Part shown: positions 10,733 to 20,764 of the stretch, one piece after another
Position numbering within the stretch: the first letter of the stretch is position 1
Layout: each line of letters opens with the position of its first letter
Assembly: GCA_963814375.1 (NCBI GenBank)
Contig: CAWFCQ010000002.1
Span: 160,001-224,000 of the forward strand
Length of the DNA: 64,000 nucleotides
Reading direction: 5' to 3'
Source of the DNA: an uncultured Chloroflexia bacterium
Lineage (GTDB): Bacteria; Chloroflexota; Limnocylindria; QHBO01
Position numbers and translations under genes: made by a program
Notes under the pieces: generated by a model
What the model was told of the DNA's origin: nothing
Databases searched by the model: none
What the model saw: only the letters and a program-made list of their open reading frames with translations

Positions 10733-11949
10733 GACGAGCCTTCCACCAGCGCGTCGTAACCGTCGAGCAGCACCTGTGCCTGGCGCTGCCATGAGTAGCG
10801 CTCGGTGGCCGCGGTGCGGCATGCGGCGAACCAGCCGGCACGATCACCGTTGAGCACGGTGCTGATCGCCGCCGCGATCGAGTCGGGCGAGGTGGGGTCG
10901 CACGTTGCCCCGACACCGGCGCCCGTGATGATCGCGCGCATCTCGGGAAAGTCGCTGGCGACGACCGGAACGCCGACCGCCATGCACTCGAACAGCTTGT
11001 TCGGCGTGGCGAGCAGATTGTTGCGCTCCACGGGCTGGAATGCGATCACGCCGACGTCCGCGCCGGCGACCCATGCCGGCAGGTCCTCGACCGAGACGGC
11101 CGGATGGTGGAGAACGCGTCGATCGGGCCGTTCGCGCGAAGCGGCCTGGATCGTGGGAACGAGCTCGCCATTGCCGAGCAGGACGAGCGCGACCTCCGGC
11201 GGCAGACGATCGAGGGCCTCGATGGTCTCAACGATCCCACGGTCGTCGACCAGCCCGCCGTGGTGCAGCAGGATCGGCCGATCGCCGAGGTCGAGGCGCG
11301 TCCGCAACGGGCTCGCGAGCCGAGGCGGCGGATCGGGCTCCACGATCGGGCAGTTCATCACGACGTGGGGCCGGCGAATGCCATAGCGCGCGGCGAGCTC
11401 ATCGGCGATCCCGCCGTTCACCGTGATGACGAGGTCCGCTCGCCGGGCATGGCGCCGTTCCATGCGCGCGACCATGCGGCGCGCCGGGCCCGGCAGCCGC
11501 GCCGCGGCGCCGGCCTCCATGAAGAGCTCGTGGGAGTCGTACACGAGCGCTCCCGGACGGGTGCGCTGTGCCCGCGCAGCCGCGAGGAGTCCGGTCAGGT
11601 CGTGGCCATGCCAGGCCACGTCGGCCGCTTCGGCGGCCCAGTCCACCGCGGCTTCGGCCGCGGCGCCGACCCACTCGAGGAGCCCGGCTCCGTAGCGTGT
11701 CAGCCACCGCGCGCGTTCGAGCGCGGTCCGACGTGCGCCCGGGTCCCCGGGCCGCACCGCGTCCGGCGCTCCGACGCGGATGAGCTTCCACCCGTCTCGC
11801 TGTTCCTCATTCGGAAGGCCCGCCGCCGTATGCCCGACGACCAGGACCGCCCGACCCGAGCCGGCGAGGGCATCGGCTTCTCGGACGACGCGGCTGTCAT
11901 GCGACGCGTCGCCGTAGACGAACATCGCGACGGTGGCCGGATGGGTCAT
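10729..11949 (-). CDS. Glycosyltransferase family 4
   Basis: DSRVVREA, YDSHEL, PNKLFECMAVGVPVVASDFP. Confidence 0.9.
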   Translation of the reverse strand: MTHPATVAMFVYGDASHDSRVVREADALAGSGRAVLVVGHTAAGLPNEEQRDGWKLIRVGAPDAVRPGDPGARRTALERARWLTRYGAGLLEWVGAAAEAAVDWAAEAADVAWHGHDLTGLLAAARAQRTRPGALVYDSHELFMEAGAAARLPGPARRMVARMERRHARRADLVITVNGGIADELAARYGIRRPHVVMNCPIVEPDPPPRLASPLRTRLDLGDRPILLHHGGLVDDRGIVETIEALDRLPPEVALVLLGNGELVPTIQAASRERPDRRVLHHPAVSVEDLPAWVAGADVGVIAFQPVERNNLLATPNKLFECMAVGVPVVASDFPEMRAIITGAGVGATCDPTSPDSIAAAISTVLNGDRAGWFAACRTAATERYSWQRQAQVLLDGYDALVEGSS

Positions 11950-12118
11950 GGCGCGGCATCATACCGGCGCAGCGGAACCCGTTGGTCCTATCGGCCAGCC
12001 GTGACGGTTTGACCCCGTCGATCGGTACGATCTGGAGGGCTGGCAAGCAGCACGTTCGCGGCGAGGATGGGTCGCCCGGTCAACCCCGGCCGGGCGACCT
12101 CGCAGCCGAAGGTGCCCA

Positions 12119-13555
12119 TTGCCTCAGTTCACCGCGCAGCGGCTCGATCCCTGGGCCAAGCCTCCCACCGAGCCCAGCCCTCCGCCCCCTCCGCGCGGCC
12201 TGACGGCGGCCGATCGAGTCTCGACCCTGATCGTCACGCTTCTCGTCCCGGCCCTGCTCGTCCCGCTCCTCATCGTGGTCGCGGCCACCAGCCCGCAGCT
12301 CCGGTTGACCGCGGGATCGGTCCTTCCCGGCCAGCGGATCACCATCGTCGGGGAGCGGTTCCAGCCCGGCCAGCGAGGCACGATCGAGCTCGATGGGGTC
12401 AGGGTGGATCGGTATACTGTGCGCCAGTCCGGTACCTTCGAGATCAATCTCCGCATGCCCAGGACCCTGAGGCTCGGCCAGCACACGATCCACGCCCGCT
12501 CCGGTGGCACGTCGGTCGCCTCCCTCGTCATCTCCTTCGCGCTGACCGCGCAGAGCGTCCCCGTCGCAGGCTCCGAAGCAACGCCCACTCCGGTCGCGTC
12601 CGGGCCCTCGGCCCCCGTCCTCCTCGAGCCGACGTCGCCGACGCCCACGCCGACGCCCACTCCGACCCCGACTCCCACGCCGACCCCGACGCCGACGCCC
12701 ACACCGCGGCCGACACCGGTCCCGACGCCGGTGCCGACACCGGTCCCGACCCCGGTCCCGACTCCCGCGCCGGTGGCGCCTGCACCGCCCCCGCCTGCCG
12801 CGACGCCCGCCCCACCGCCTCCGCCCCCGGCCGGCGCCGGGCCGATGGTGCCCGGTGGACGCGTGCTCTTCATGTCGCCCGCGGGCTCAGACTCGTCAGC
12901 GGGCACGGCCGCCGCGCCGTGGCGCAGCCTTCCCGCCGCCGCCTCGAGGCTCCGCCCCGGCGACACGCTCTACGTGCGCGGTGGTACCTACGTGGGGCAG
13001 GGCCTGCAGTGGACGGTGTCGGGTACCTCCGGCGCACCGATCTGGGTCAAGGCATACCCGGGCGAGCGCCCCGTCTTTGACGGCAACGGATCGGTCGGCC
13101 AGTTCCTGTGGTTCCGAGGGGGAGCGGGCTATATCTTCGTCGACGGGTTGACCGTCACCCGCTACGCCCCCCACGACAGCGGCGTCATGATCTTCACCGA
13201 TGGCGCCCACAACATCGTCATGCAGAACATGAACGCGTCGGGCAACTTCGGCAGCTCGCAGAACGAGCACATCTTCTATCCCGCCGCCGCCGGGGTTCAC
13301 GACATCACGATCCGCTACTCCTACATCGCAGGAGCCAGGGGCGGCGCGGTGCACATGTACCACTCGCCGGGCCCGCAGCGGGTGCGCATCCACAACAACA
13401 CGATCCGTGACAGCTACTGGGGCGTGATCGCCGACAGTGGAGCCTCGGCCGAGGTCTTCAACAACACCTTCGTCAACAACACGGTCAACATCTACCGCAC
13501 CGGCGGCGCGACCGTGGTCGCCTACGGGAACAGCCCGAACGACGTGATCAAGTAG
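12119..13555 (+). CDS. Membrane-anchored protein: TM, Ig-like domain, Pro/Thr linker, right-handed beta-helix (polysaccharide lyase-like)
   Basis: TM segment, (PT)n linker, GSDSSAGTAAAPWRSL...PGDTLYVRGGTY...AYPGERPVFDG and NNT repeats. Confidence 0.75.
   Translation: MPQFTAQRLDPWAKPPTEPSPPPPPRGLTAADRVSTLIVTLLVPALLVPLLIVVAATSPQLRLTAGSVLPGQRITIVGERFQPGQRGTIELDGVRVDRYTVRQSGTFEINLRMPRTLRLGQHTIHARSGGTSVASLVISFALTAQSVPVAGSEATPTPVASGPSAPVLLEPTSPTPTPTPTPTPTPTPTPTPTPTPRPTPVPTPVPTPVPTPVPTPAPVAPAPPPPAATPAPPPPPPAGAGPMVPGGRVLFMSPAGSDSSAGTAAAPWRSLPAAASRLRPGDTLYVRGGTYVGQGLQWTVSGTSGAPIWVKAYPGERPVFDGNGSVGQFLWFRGGAGYIFVDGLTVTRYAPHDSGVMIFTDGAHNIVMQNMNASGNFGSSQNEHIFYPAAAGVHDITIRYSYIAGARGGAVHMYHSPGPQRVRIHNNTIRDSYWGVIADSGASAEVFNNTFVNNTVNIYRTGGATVVAYGNSPNDVIK
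12631..12775 (+). repeat. Coding tandem repeat for (PT)n/(PVPT)n linker
   Basis: CCGACG/CCCACG hexamer runs. Confidence 0.8.
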
Positions 13556-13558
13556 GGA

Positions 13559-15454
13559 TCAGCTCCGCCCGTCCAGCCGGCGAAGCCACGACTCGACGTT
13601 GAGCGCCCGCCACAGCTCCGCATGACGCCGCGCGGGGTCTGCGAGGAGCCGATCGATCTCCGCGGGCCGCAGCCAGCCGATCTCCGCCATCCGTCCACCT
13701 TTCAGACGTTCGACCGCCTGCGGGCGGAGGCGGCTCATCCACCTCGCCTCGGGGACGAAGAACCCCATCTTGTCTCGTCGCCGCACCACCTCGTCGGGTA
13801 GGCGCCCGGACATGGCGCGCCGCAGGATCCGCTTCGTGACCCCGCCGGAGATGCGCAGGCGATCGGGGAGGCGGCAGGACATCTCGACCAGCCGGTAGTC
13901 GAGGAACGGCACCCGCGCCTCGATCCCGAAGGCCATGCTGTTGCGGTCCTCGTAGCGGAGGAGCGCCGGCAGGCTCTCGGAGGCCAGGTCCTGCCAGAGC
14001 TGCCGAGCCAGGGGAGTACCCGGGAGATCGTGCCAGGCGGCTCTCGTCTCCACTTTCGCCAGCTCCGGCCCGAGCCCCATCGTCCAGACGCCCGGGAGGG
14101 CTCCGCGGAGCGCATCCCTCACGCGGTGGCCGGCGAGCCCGCGCGTCGTCCGCTTCGCCAGGCGCGCCGGCGAGGCATTGCGTGCCTGGCTGACAAGATC
14201 TCCCCAGGCACCCCGCAGGTGGCCGTCGAACACGAGCCCGGCGAGCCGAAGGCCGAGGTACGGATCGTAGCCGCCGAGGGTCTCGTCCGCGCCCTGGCCG
14301 TCGAGCAGCACCTTCAGCCCTGCCCGATGCGCCGCCTCCATCACGGTGTGCTGCGCGAGGACCGAGGTTGAGGCGAATGGCTCGCCCTGGGCCAGCATGA
14401 CCGCCTCGAGGCGGTCCCACAGGTCCGGCGGCGTGCGAGCGAAGACGAGGTCGACTTCCGATTGGCGCGCGACCAACGTCGCGAAGCGAGACTCGTCGAT
14501 CTCGTCTCCGGGATATCGAGCGTGGAACGCGTACTGGGCGACCTGCTGGTGCTGCTCGGCGGTCGTCGGTCCGCGGTCGCGGAGGATCGCGGTGGTGCGA
14601 ACGATCGCCGATGAGTCGAGGCCGCCCGAGAGGCAGCTGCCCAGTGGAACGTCGGACCGCAGCCGAAGCCGCACGGCGTCGTCGAACGTCGCCCGGAACT
14701 CCTCGACCAGCCGACGGTCGTCGGCCGTGGTGGCGGCGCTCGGAGCGCTTGCGTCGTCGCTCAGCGGGGGCGGCGACCACCAGCGAACCCGCCGCACCTC
14801 GCCGTCCTCGACCACCACGTGATGGCCTGGGGCGATCGACTCGATCCCCGAGACGAACGTGCCGGTCGAGTGATCCGTCAGCCCGCGCTCGAGAAAGTCG
14901 CGAGCGGTGGCGGGATCCGGTTCCGCCGACCACGTGTCGCCGTCGTGCGCACCGGACACCGATGCGAGCGCCTGGACCTCGCTGGCGAGCAGGATCGCGC
15001 GCCCGGTGCGGCGCATGTAGAGCGGCTTGACGCCCATGCGGTCACGGGAGGCGACGAGCCTGCGACGGCCCGCGTCCCACAGGACCATGGCCCACATGCC
15101 GTTGAACCGGCTGAAGGCGTCGAGGCCCCAGCACCGGTACGCGGCGATGATGACCTCGGTGTCGGTCTCGGTGCTGAACGACACCCCCTGAGTGGCGAGC
15201 TCAGCCTTGAGCTCGAGGTAGTTGTAGACCTCGCCGTTGTGGATGAGCCAAACGCCGTCGCGCTCCATCGGCTGCGCGCCGGCCTCCGTCGGATCGAGGA
15301 TGCTGAGACGCCAATGGCCGAGGGCGGTCGGCCCATCGACCTGGACCCCGTTCCCGTCCGGCCCGCGGTGCGCGAGGCAGGGCATGATGCGATCGAGGGT
15401 CTCCCGCATCGCGGGCCCTCCGTCAAGGGCGTGGACGGCAGCTATCCCACACAT
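13559..15454 (-). CDS. asnB: Second asparagine synthase family amidotransferase
   Basis: MCGI, HRGPDG, HNGEVYNY, LSGGLDSS, DGQGADE, DRNSMAFGIEARVPFLD. Confidence 0.93.
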   Translation of the reverse strand: MCGIAAVHALDGGPAMRETLDRIMPCLAHRGPDGNGVQVDGPTALGHWRLSILDPTEAGAQPMERDGVWLIHNGEVYNYLELKAELATQGVSFSTETDTEVIIAAYRCWGLDAFSRFNGMWAMVLWDAGRRRLVASRDRMGVKPLYMRRTGRAILLASEVQALASVSGAHDGDTWSAEPDPATARDFLERGLTDHSTGTFVSGIESIAPGHHVVVEDGEVRRVRWWSPPPLSDDASAPSAATTADDRRLVEEFRATFDDAVRLRLRSDVPLGSCLSGGLDSSAIVRTTAILRDRGPTTAEQHQQVAQYAFHARYPGDEIDESRFATLVARQSEVDLVFARTPPDLWDRLEAVMLAQGEPFASTSVLAQHTVMEAAHRAGLKVLLDGQGADETLGGYDPYLGLRLAGLVFDGHLRGAWGDLVSQARNASPARLAKRTTRGLAGHRVRDALRGALPGVWTMGLGPELAKVETRAAWHDLPGTPLARQLWQDLASESLPALLRYEDRNSMAFGIEARVPFLDYRLVEMSCRLPDRLRISGGVTKRILRRAMSGRLPDEVVRRRDKMGFFVPEARWMSRLRPQAVERLKGGRMAEIGWLRPAEIDRLLADPARRHAELWRALNVESWLRRLDGRS

Positions 15455-15623
15455 CGCGGTGCATGATGCCCCATCGGGCGCGTGTGACGAAATTGCCGGG
15501 ATCGCTAGGATGCACGTTGCGGCCGCTTCCTGGCCGCCCGGGAGGGATCAGGCAATTGACCAGGACCCGAGTCGCGCGCGTCTCCGAGGGCTCGGCACCG
15601 TGAGCTCGCGGTCGCCGGTGACC

Positions 15624-17015
15624 ATGCTGCGTTCGGCGAGCCGGCGGGTCGTCGGCGTGGTGCCAGGAGCCGTCTGGCTCGGCGCCACCGTCGTCCTCGT
15701 CCCGCTGGTCGTGGCCGGAGCCGCGTACCGCGGCGTGCTCGAGCTGGTGGCCGTCGGCGTCGCCGGCGCCGCCGCCATCGTGTTCACGATGGTCAACCCG
15801 CGGCCGATGCTGTTCGTCTACGTCGCCCTGATTCCCCTGGAGGCGACGCTCGTCATCGGCGAGGCCGCGACGATCACGCGGGCAGTCGGCGCCGCCTTCT
15901 TCGTCGGCTACGTCCTCCGACGTTTCGGGCACCTGCACCTCCGAGCCATTCCGGTGATCGGCTGGGCCTACTTCGCGTGGGCGTTGGCGAGCTATACGTG
16001 GGCGATATCGCAGATTGCGGCGGCCGACGCGCTGTTCACGCTGGCGCAGCTGTTCGCGATGACCGTCGTCGTCGCCGACCTGGTGGCGGAAGAGCCGGGC
16101 GCCGCCCGCCGCGTGCTGTGGGTGTATGTCATCGCCGCCTGCGCCACCGCGGTCATCGCGCTGGGTGCCGCGGGGCTGGGTGGCGGCCTCGGCGGAGAGC
16201 GCATCGGCGCCTTCGAGTCGCAGGACGTGGCGCAGTTCGCGGCCCTGGTCGTGCCCGCCGTCCTCTTCTTCTACGTGGAGCTGCTCGAGGGGCGGCATCG
16301 CCTGGTGGCGTCGGCCGGCATCATGGTCGCGGCCGCCGCGATCGTCTTCAGCGGGACTCGCAGCGCGTGGATCGCGATGGCGGTGGCAGCCGCCGTCATC
16401 ACGCTGCCGCGCATCGGCCGGCGAGGCATGGTGCCGATCGCGATGGTTGGGCTCGGGGTCCTGGCGCTCTTCACCGTGGACGAGCTGGGTGGGTTCGTCC
16501 TCGATCGCCTCGGGACGGCGCTGAGCTCCGGAGGCGCCGGCCGCATCGACATCTGGTCCGTCGGCCTGAACATCTTCGCGGCCCATCCGGTCGCCGGCGT
16601 CGGGTACGGAAACTTCCCGATCGCGTTCACTCCCGAGGTGATCCGCGCCACCGACGTGCCAGGCCTGGATGTCAACGTCCTCTTCCCTGGCGCCGGCCCG
16701 CACTCCTTCCTCATCGGTACGCTGGCCGAGCTGGGCCTGGTCGGCATCGCGCTCCTCGTGCCGTTCCTCGGCGTGACGCTCCTCGGGCGCGCCACGGACC
16801 AATCGTGGCCGGTCGTCCAGGGCATCCTCCTTGCGCTCGTGGTGCAGGGCTTCTTCCTGGACCTGATGAACCGAAAGCACTTCTGGCTCTTCATCGGCCT
16901 CGCGCTCGGGCTGGCCTGGCAGGCCGCGATGGAGCGACGCGCACGGGCGGAGGCCGAAGCGGCGGAGCGCGACGCGTTCGCGCAGACGATCAGGACCACC
17001 TGGGCTCCCTCGTGA
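15624..17015 (+). CDS. O-antigen ligase/Wzy_C-family membrane protein (start uncertain, 15555-15624)
   Basis: Many TM helices; SGTRSAW, GRIDIW..G...HPVAGVGYGNF, PHSFLIGTLAELGLVG. Confidence 0.82.
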   Translation: MLRSASRRVVGVVPGAVWLGATVVLVPLVVAGAAYRGVLELVAVGVAGAAAIVFTMVNPRPMLFVYVALIPLEATLVIGEAATITRAVGAAFFVGYVLRRFGHLHLRAIPVIGWAYFAWALASYTWAISQIAAADALFTLAQLFAMTVVVADLVAEEPGAARRVLWVYVIAACATAVIALGAAGLGGGLGGERIGAFESQDVAQFAALVVPAVLFFYVELLEGRHRLVASAGIMVAAAAIVFSGTRSAWIAMAVAAAVITLPRIGRRGMVPIAMVGLGVLALFTVDELGGFVLDRLGTALSSGGAGRIDIWSVGLNIFAAHPVAGVGYGNFPIAFTPEVIRATDVPGLDVNVLFPGAGPHSFLIGTLAELGLVGIALLVPFLGVTLLGRATDQSWPVVQGILLALVVQGFFLDLMNRKHFWLFIGLALGLAWQAAMERRARAEAEAAERDAFAQTIRTTWAPS

Positions 17016-17656
17016 GCGACGGGACGCCGCGGGGGAAGCGGCTGCTCGATCTGGGAGTCGGTGCCCCGATGGCGGTCGCGACGCTCCCCCTCCTCGCGGG
17101 CGTGGCGATCGCGAACCGGCTGACCGGCGACCGCGGCCCGCTGTTCTACCGCGCGGTGAGGGTTGGCGAGGGCGGGCGCCCGATAACGGTCCTCAAGCTG
17201 CGGACGATGGCGGTCGACGGCGTCGGTGGGCCGCTCACCCAGCGCGACGACCCCCGCGTCACCCGGGTCGGTCGCTTCCTACGGCGATTCAAGATCGACG
17301 AGCTGCCGCAGCTGTGGAACGTGGTGCGCGGCGACATGAGCCTCGTCGGCCCGCGCCCTGAGGACCCGGGCTTCGTCGACTGGTCGAACCCGCTGCATGC
17401 CGCGGTCTTCATGGCACGACCGGGCATCACCGGCCTCGCGCAGCTCGCGTACGCGCGAGAGGAGGAGCTCCATGTCGGCGACGAGGCGATGGATCTTTAC
17501 GAGAGCGAGATCCTGCCGCGGAAGCTTCGCCTCGATCGCTGGTATCTCGAGCACAGCGGGCTGCGGCTCGACGCACGCATCCTGCTGAGCACCGCCGGGA
17601 TCGTGATCGGCATCAAGCGCCGCCGATGGACGCGCCCGGGGCCGCCGATCGGCTGA
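17012..17656 (+). CDS. Initiating sugar (phosphoglycosyl) transferase
   Basis: [49 protein letters not shown]; GTGA overlap. Confidence 0.92.
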   Translation: MSDGTPRGKRLLDLGVGAPMAVATLPLLAGVAIANRLTGDRGPLFYRAVRVGEGGRPITVLKLRTMAVDGVGGPLTQRDDPRVTRVGRFLRRFKIDELPQLWNVVRGDMSLVGPRPEDPGFVDWSNPLHAAVFMARPGITGLAQLAYAREEELHVGDEAMDLYESEILPRKLRLDRWYLEHSGLRLDARILLSTAGIVIGIKRRRWTRPGPPIG

Positions 17657-17673
17657 ACGAGCGCGCGCCCGGG

Positions 17674-18507
17674 TCAGCGGCTGCGGCGAGGGCGGGGGAC
17701 CGCCATGGGTGCGGTGGCCCGCGTCGAGGATGTCGCGGACCGCCGCTCGGAGGCCTCGAAGGCGTAGACCGCGAGCGCGGTGATCACGAGGCCGATGAAC
17801 GCGCCGATCGCGGTGTTGAAGAGGATCCGCGGCGAGGAGGGATCGGTGGGTGGCACGGCCGGCTCGACCACGACCAGCCGGTTCGCAGAGCTGGTCAGCT
17901 GCTGGAGCACGGAGTCGCGCTCCTGACGCAACTGGTCGCGCTGATCCTGGAGCACGGATAGCCGGTTCTCCTGCGCCGTCGTCAGGGTCGGGAGGGCGAG
18001 GAGCTCGCCGACCTGCGTCGTGACCGCGGCAATCTGCTCGTCGAGCGCGGTCAGGTCATCCGCGGTGACTGGGTCGACAGGATTCTCCTCGATGCCGGCC
18101 AGGAGGACTTGGGCCAGGCCGTTGGCGATGTCCGCCGCATCCCCCGGATCGGCGGCCTCCGCGGTGATGACGATCAGGGTGCTGTTCGCCGGCGCCCGGA
18201 CCTCGACCGATGCGGACAGCTCCTCGGGAGTCATGTCGAGCCCGAGCTGGCCGATGACGCGGTCGAGACTGGGGCGGGCCGTGGCCACCTCGGCGTAGGT
18301 CTGCGCGATGACCTGCGATGCCAGCAGCTGGGTGTAGTCCGGGTTTGGGCCGGTCAGCGACTGGCCAACGAGAAGGCGCGTCTCCGCCGTGTAGGCCTTG
18401 GGGAGGAGGCTGGAGATGATGAACGCGGCCGCGCCGGCCAGCGCCATGCCCACGAGCATGACGAGCAGCCAGTCACGGATGAAGATCAGCCAGCCTCGGA
18501 CGTCCAT
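17674..18507 (-). CDS. Wzz/CpsC-type polysaccharide chain-length determinant
   Basis: Two TMs, YTAETRLLV, coiled coil, PAVPPTDPSSPR before the C-terminal TM. Confidence 0.85.
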   Translation of the reverse strand: MDVRGWLIFIRDWLLVMLVGMALAGAAAFIISSLLPKAYTAETRLLVGQSLTGPNPDYTQLLASQVIAQTYAEVATARPSLDRVIGQLGLDMTPEELSASVEVRAPANSTLIVITAEAADPGDAADIANGLAQVLLAGIEENPVDPVTADDLTALDEQIAAVTTQVGELLALPTLTTAQENRLSVLQDQRDQLRQERDSVLQQLTSSANRLVVVEPAVPPTDPSSPRILFNTAIGAFIGLVITALAVYAFEASERRSATSSTRATAPMAVPRPRRSR

Positions 18508-18671
18508 CGGTCTCCTACGTGGTCGCAGCGACGACCGGCCGGTGGCTCGGAAGGATCACGGTGGATGGCGCGGCGGTCGTTGCCGGCAGTCCCCCCGCGT
18601 CCCACCCGGCACGCCAGACGGTCGGGGACGCGACTGTACACGTTCGCGCCGCCGGTGGGTAGTCGCCCCAA

Positions 18672-20084
18672 TCAGGCGCGCGCCGTCGCCTCCTGGCCCT
18701 CGGGCGTGTCGCGTACCTCCACCCCCATCGCCGCCAGCTCGTCGCGCAGCGCGTCGGCGCGGGCGAAGTCGCGTTCAGCCCGTGCGGCGGCTCGGCGCTC
18801 GAGCAGATCATCCGCCCCTGCGGGCAGCGGGATCTCGCTCTCCGCCGGCAGGTCGAGACCCACGGCGAGCACGTGGTCGAAGTCGAGCAGCAGCGCGCGA
18901 CGTGCGGCATCGTCGAGGTCATCCGCCGATGCGACCTCGTGCGCGATCGCGACCGCGCGCGGGGTGGCGAGGTCGTCGACGACGGCATCGGTGAAGCGCC
19001 GGCGATAGCCGGCCATCGGCTCGGTGCCGAGGTCGACGGTACCGTCGGGGCCGGCTGAGGCTCGCCGCAGCCTGGCCAGGCCGCTGGTCGCCGCGTGCAT
19101 CGCATCGGTCGTGAAGTCGAGCTTGCTGCGGTAGTGGGCCGTGAGGGCCAGGTAGCGGAAGGCGAGCGGCTCGTAGCCCAGCTCCGGGAGATCGGCGACC
19201 CGGATGATGTTGCCCGCGCTCTTGGCCATCTTCGCGTCGTCCATGGTCAGGAACTCGCCGTGCAGCCACATGCTGACCACCGGATGGCCGAGCGCGCCCT
19301 CGGACTGGGCGATCTCGTCCTCGTGGTGCGGGAAGCGCAGGTCGATGCCGCCGGTGTGGACGTCGAACCGCTCGCCGAGGTGCTTGAGGCTCATCGCCGA
19401 GCACTCGATGTGCCAGCCCGGGAAGCCGTCACCCCACGGCGAGGCCCACTTCATGAGGCGGCTGGCGCCCGCTCGCTTCCAGAGCGCGAAGTCGGCCGGG
19501 TCGCGCTTGTCCGACTCGACCTCGACGCGGTGGCCGGCATGGGTCTCCTCGACCTTCTGGCCGGACAGCTGCCCGTAACCGGGGAAGGCGCCGACGTCGT
19601 AGTAGATCGTGCCGTCGACCTCGTAGGCGAGGCCCCTGGCGACGAGTCGCTCGGTGAGCGAGATCATCTCGGCGATGTGCTCGGTCGCCTTCGGCATGAC
19701 GTCGGCGGGCAGGATGTTGATCAGCGCCTCGTCCTCGAGCCACGCCCGCGTGTAGTAGTCCGCGATCTCCGCCGGCGTCTTGCCCTCCGTCTCGGCGGCT
19801 CGCTCGATCTTGTCCTCGCCCTCGATCGCGTCGAGCTGGTCGTCGCGCATATGCCCGACGTCGGTGATGTTCTTCACGTAGAGAACCTCGTAGCCGAGGT
19901 ACTCCAGGGTGCGGTGGAGGAGGTCGCCGAAGAGGTACGTCCGCAGGTTGCCGATGTGCGCGTACTTGTAGACCGTGCTGCCGCAGGTGTAGATGCCGAC
20001 CCGGCCCGGCTCGAGCGTGACCAGCGGCTCGGTGCGGCGAGTCAGCGTGTTGTGCAGGCGCACCTGCGGCAGGGGATCGGCCAT
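18672..20084 (-). CDS. cysS: Cysteine--tRNA ligase
   Basis: YTCGSTVY, HIGN, NITDVG, PGWHIECSAM, HHEDE, KMAKS. Confidence 0.97.
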   Translation of the reverse strand: MADPLPQVRLHNTLTRRTEPLVTLEPGRVGIYTCGSTVYKYAHIGNLRTYLFGDLLHRTLEYLGYEVLYVKNITDVGHMRDDQLDAIEGEDKIERAAETEGKTPAEIADYYTRAWLEDEALINILPADVMPKATEHIAEMISLTERLVARGLAYEVDGTIYYDVGAFPGYGQLSGQKVEETHAGHRVEVESDKRDPADFALWKRAGASRLMKWASPWGDGFPGWHIECSAMSLKHLGERFDVHTGGIDLRFPHHEDEIAQSEGALGHPVVSMWLHGEFLTMDDAKMAKSAGNIIRVADLPELGYEPLAFRYLALTAHYRSKLDFTTDAMHAATSGLARLRRASAGPDGTVDLGTEPMAGYRRRFTDAVVDDLATPRAVAIAHEVASADDLDDAARRALLLDFDHVLAVGLDLPAESEIPLPAGADDLLERRAAARAERDFARADALRDELAAMGVEVRDTPEGQEATARA

Positions 20085-20122
20085 GGGTCAGGCATTGTAC
20101 CGACGGGGCGTAGGATGCACCG

Positions 20123-20764
20123 ATGCCGCAGCCGGACGCCTCCGACGCTCTCCCGCTGACCATCGGCGAGGAGCCGAGGTTCTGTCCCGCCTGCGGCCGA
20201 CCGGTCGAGGCCCGCACGATCGAGCCCGACCATCGCCCTCGCCTCGTCTGCGCCGAGGGTCATGTCACGTGGCGCAATCCGCGCGTCGTGGTGGGCACAC
20301 TGCCAATCGAAAGTGGGCGGGTCTACCTCGCGCGCCGCGCAATCGAGCCGGCGCTGGGCCGATGGGGCAACCCGAGCGGGTTCCTGGAGCTGGGGGAGTC
20401 CGTCCAGGAGGGTGCTCGGCGCGAGACGGAGGAGGAGACCGAGCTCCGGGTGGAGGTCGGCCGGCTCATCGGCGTCTACTCGCGGCCGCAGGCGGGAATC
20501 GTGACGATCGCGTTCGAGGCGGCGGTTGTCGGCGGGCGTCCCGAGCCGGCGGCCGAGACGAGCGAGGTGCGGGCATTCGGACCCGACGAGATCCCGTGGG
20601 ACGAGATCGCCTTCAGCACGGCGGAGAGCGCCCTCCGGGACTGGGTCGCCTCGCTCCCGGGCCGGGGTCCGAGGCTCGAGCCGGAGCTCTACGTCACCGG
20701 CGACGCCGACGAGCGAAGCACCTCGCCACGCACCGGGACGCCCACGCCGAGAAGCAGCCCGTAG
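20123..20764 (+). CDS. NUDIX hydrolase with N-terminal zinc ribbon
   Basis: FCPACG and Nudix box GFLELGESVQEGARRETEEE. Confidence 0.88.
   Translation: MPQPDASDALPLTIGEEPRFCPACGRPVEARTIEPDHRPRLVCAEGHVTWRNPRVVVGTLPIESGRVYLARRAIEPALGRWGNPSGFLELGESVQEGARRETEEETELRVEVGRLIGVYSRPQAGIVTIAFEAAVVGGRPEPAAETSEVRAFGPDEIPWDEIAFSTAESALRDWVASLPGRGPRLEPELYVTGDADERSTSPRTGTPTPRSSP

Noticed and set aside
12631-12775. Short tandem repeats as CRISPR or a contingency locus
   Set aside because: They encode a Pro/Thr linker with synonymous variation; no spacers or cas genes.
7662-15454. AsnB homologs as lasso-peptide cyclases
   Set aside because: Both have intact Cys2 glutaminase domains, there are no B1/B2 or precursor genes, and the context is glycosyltransferases.
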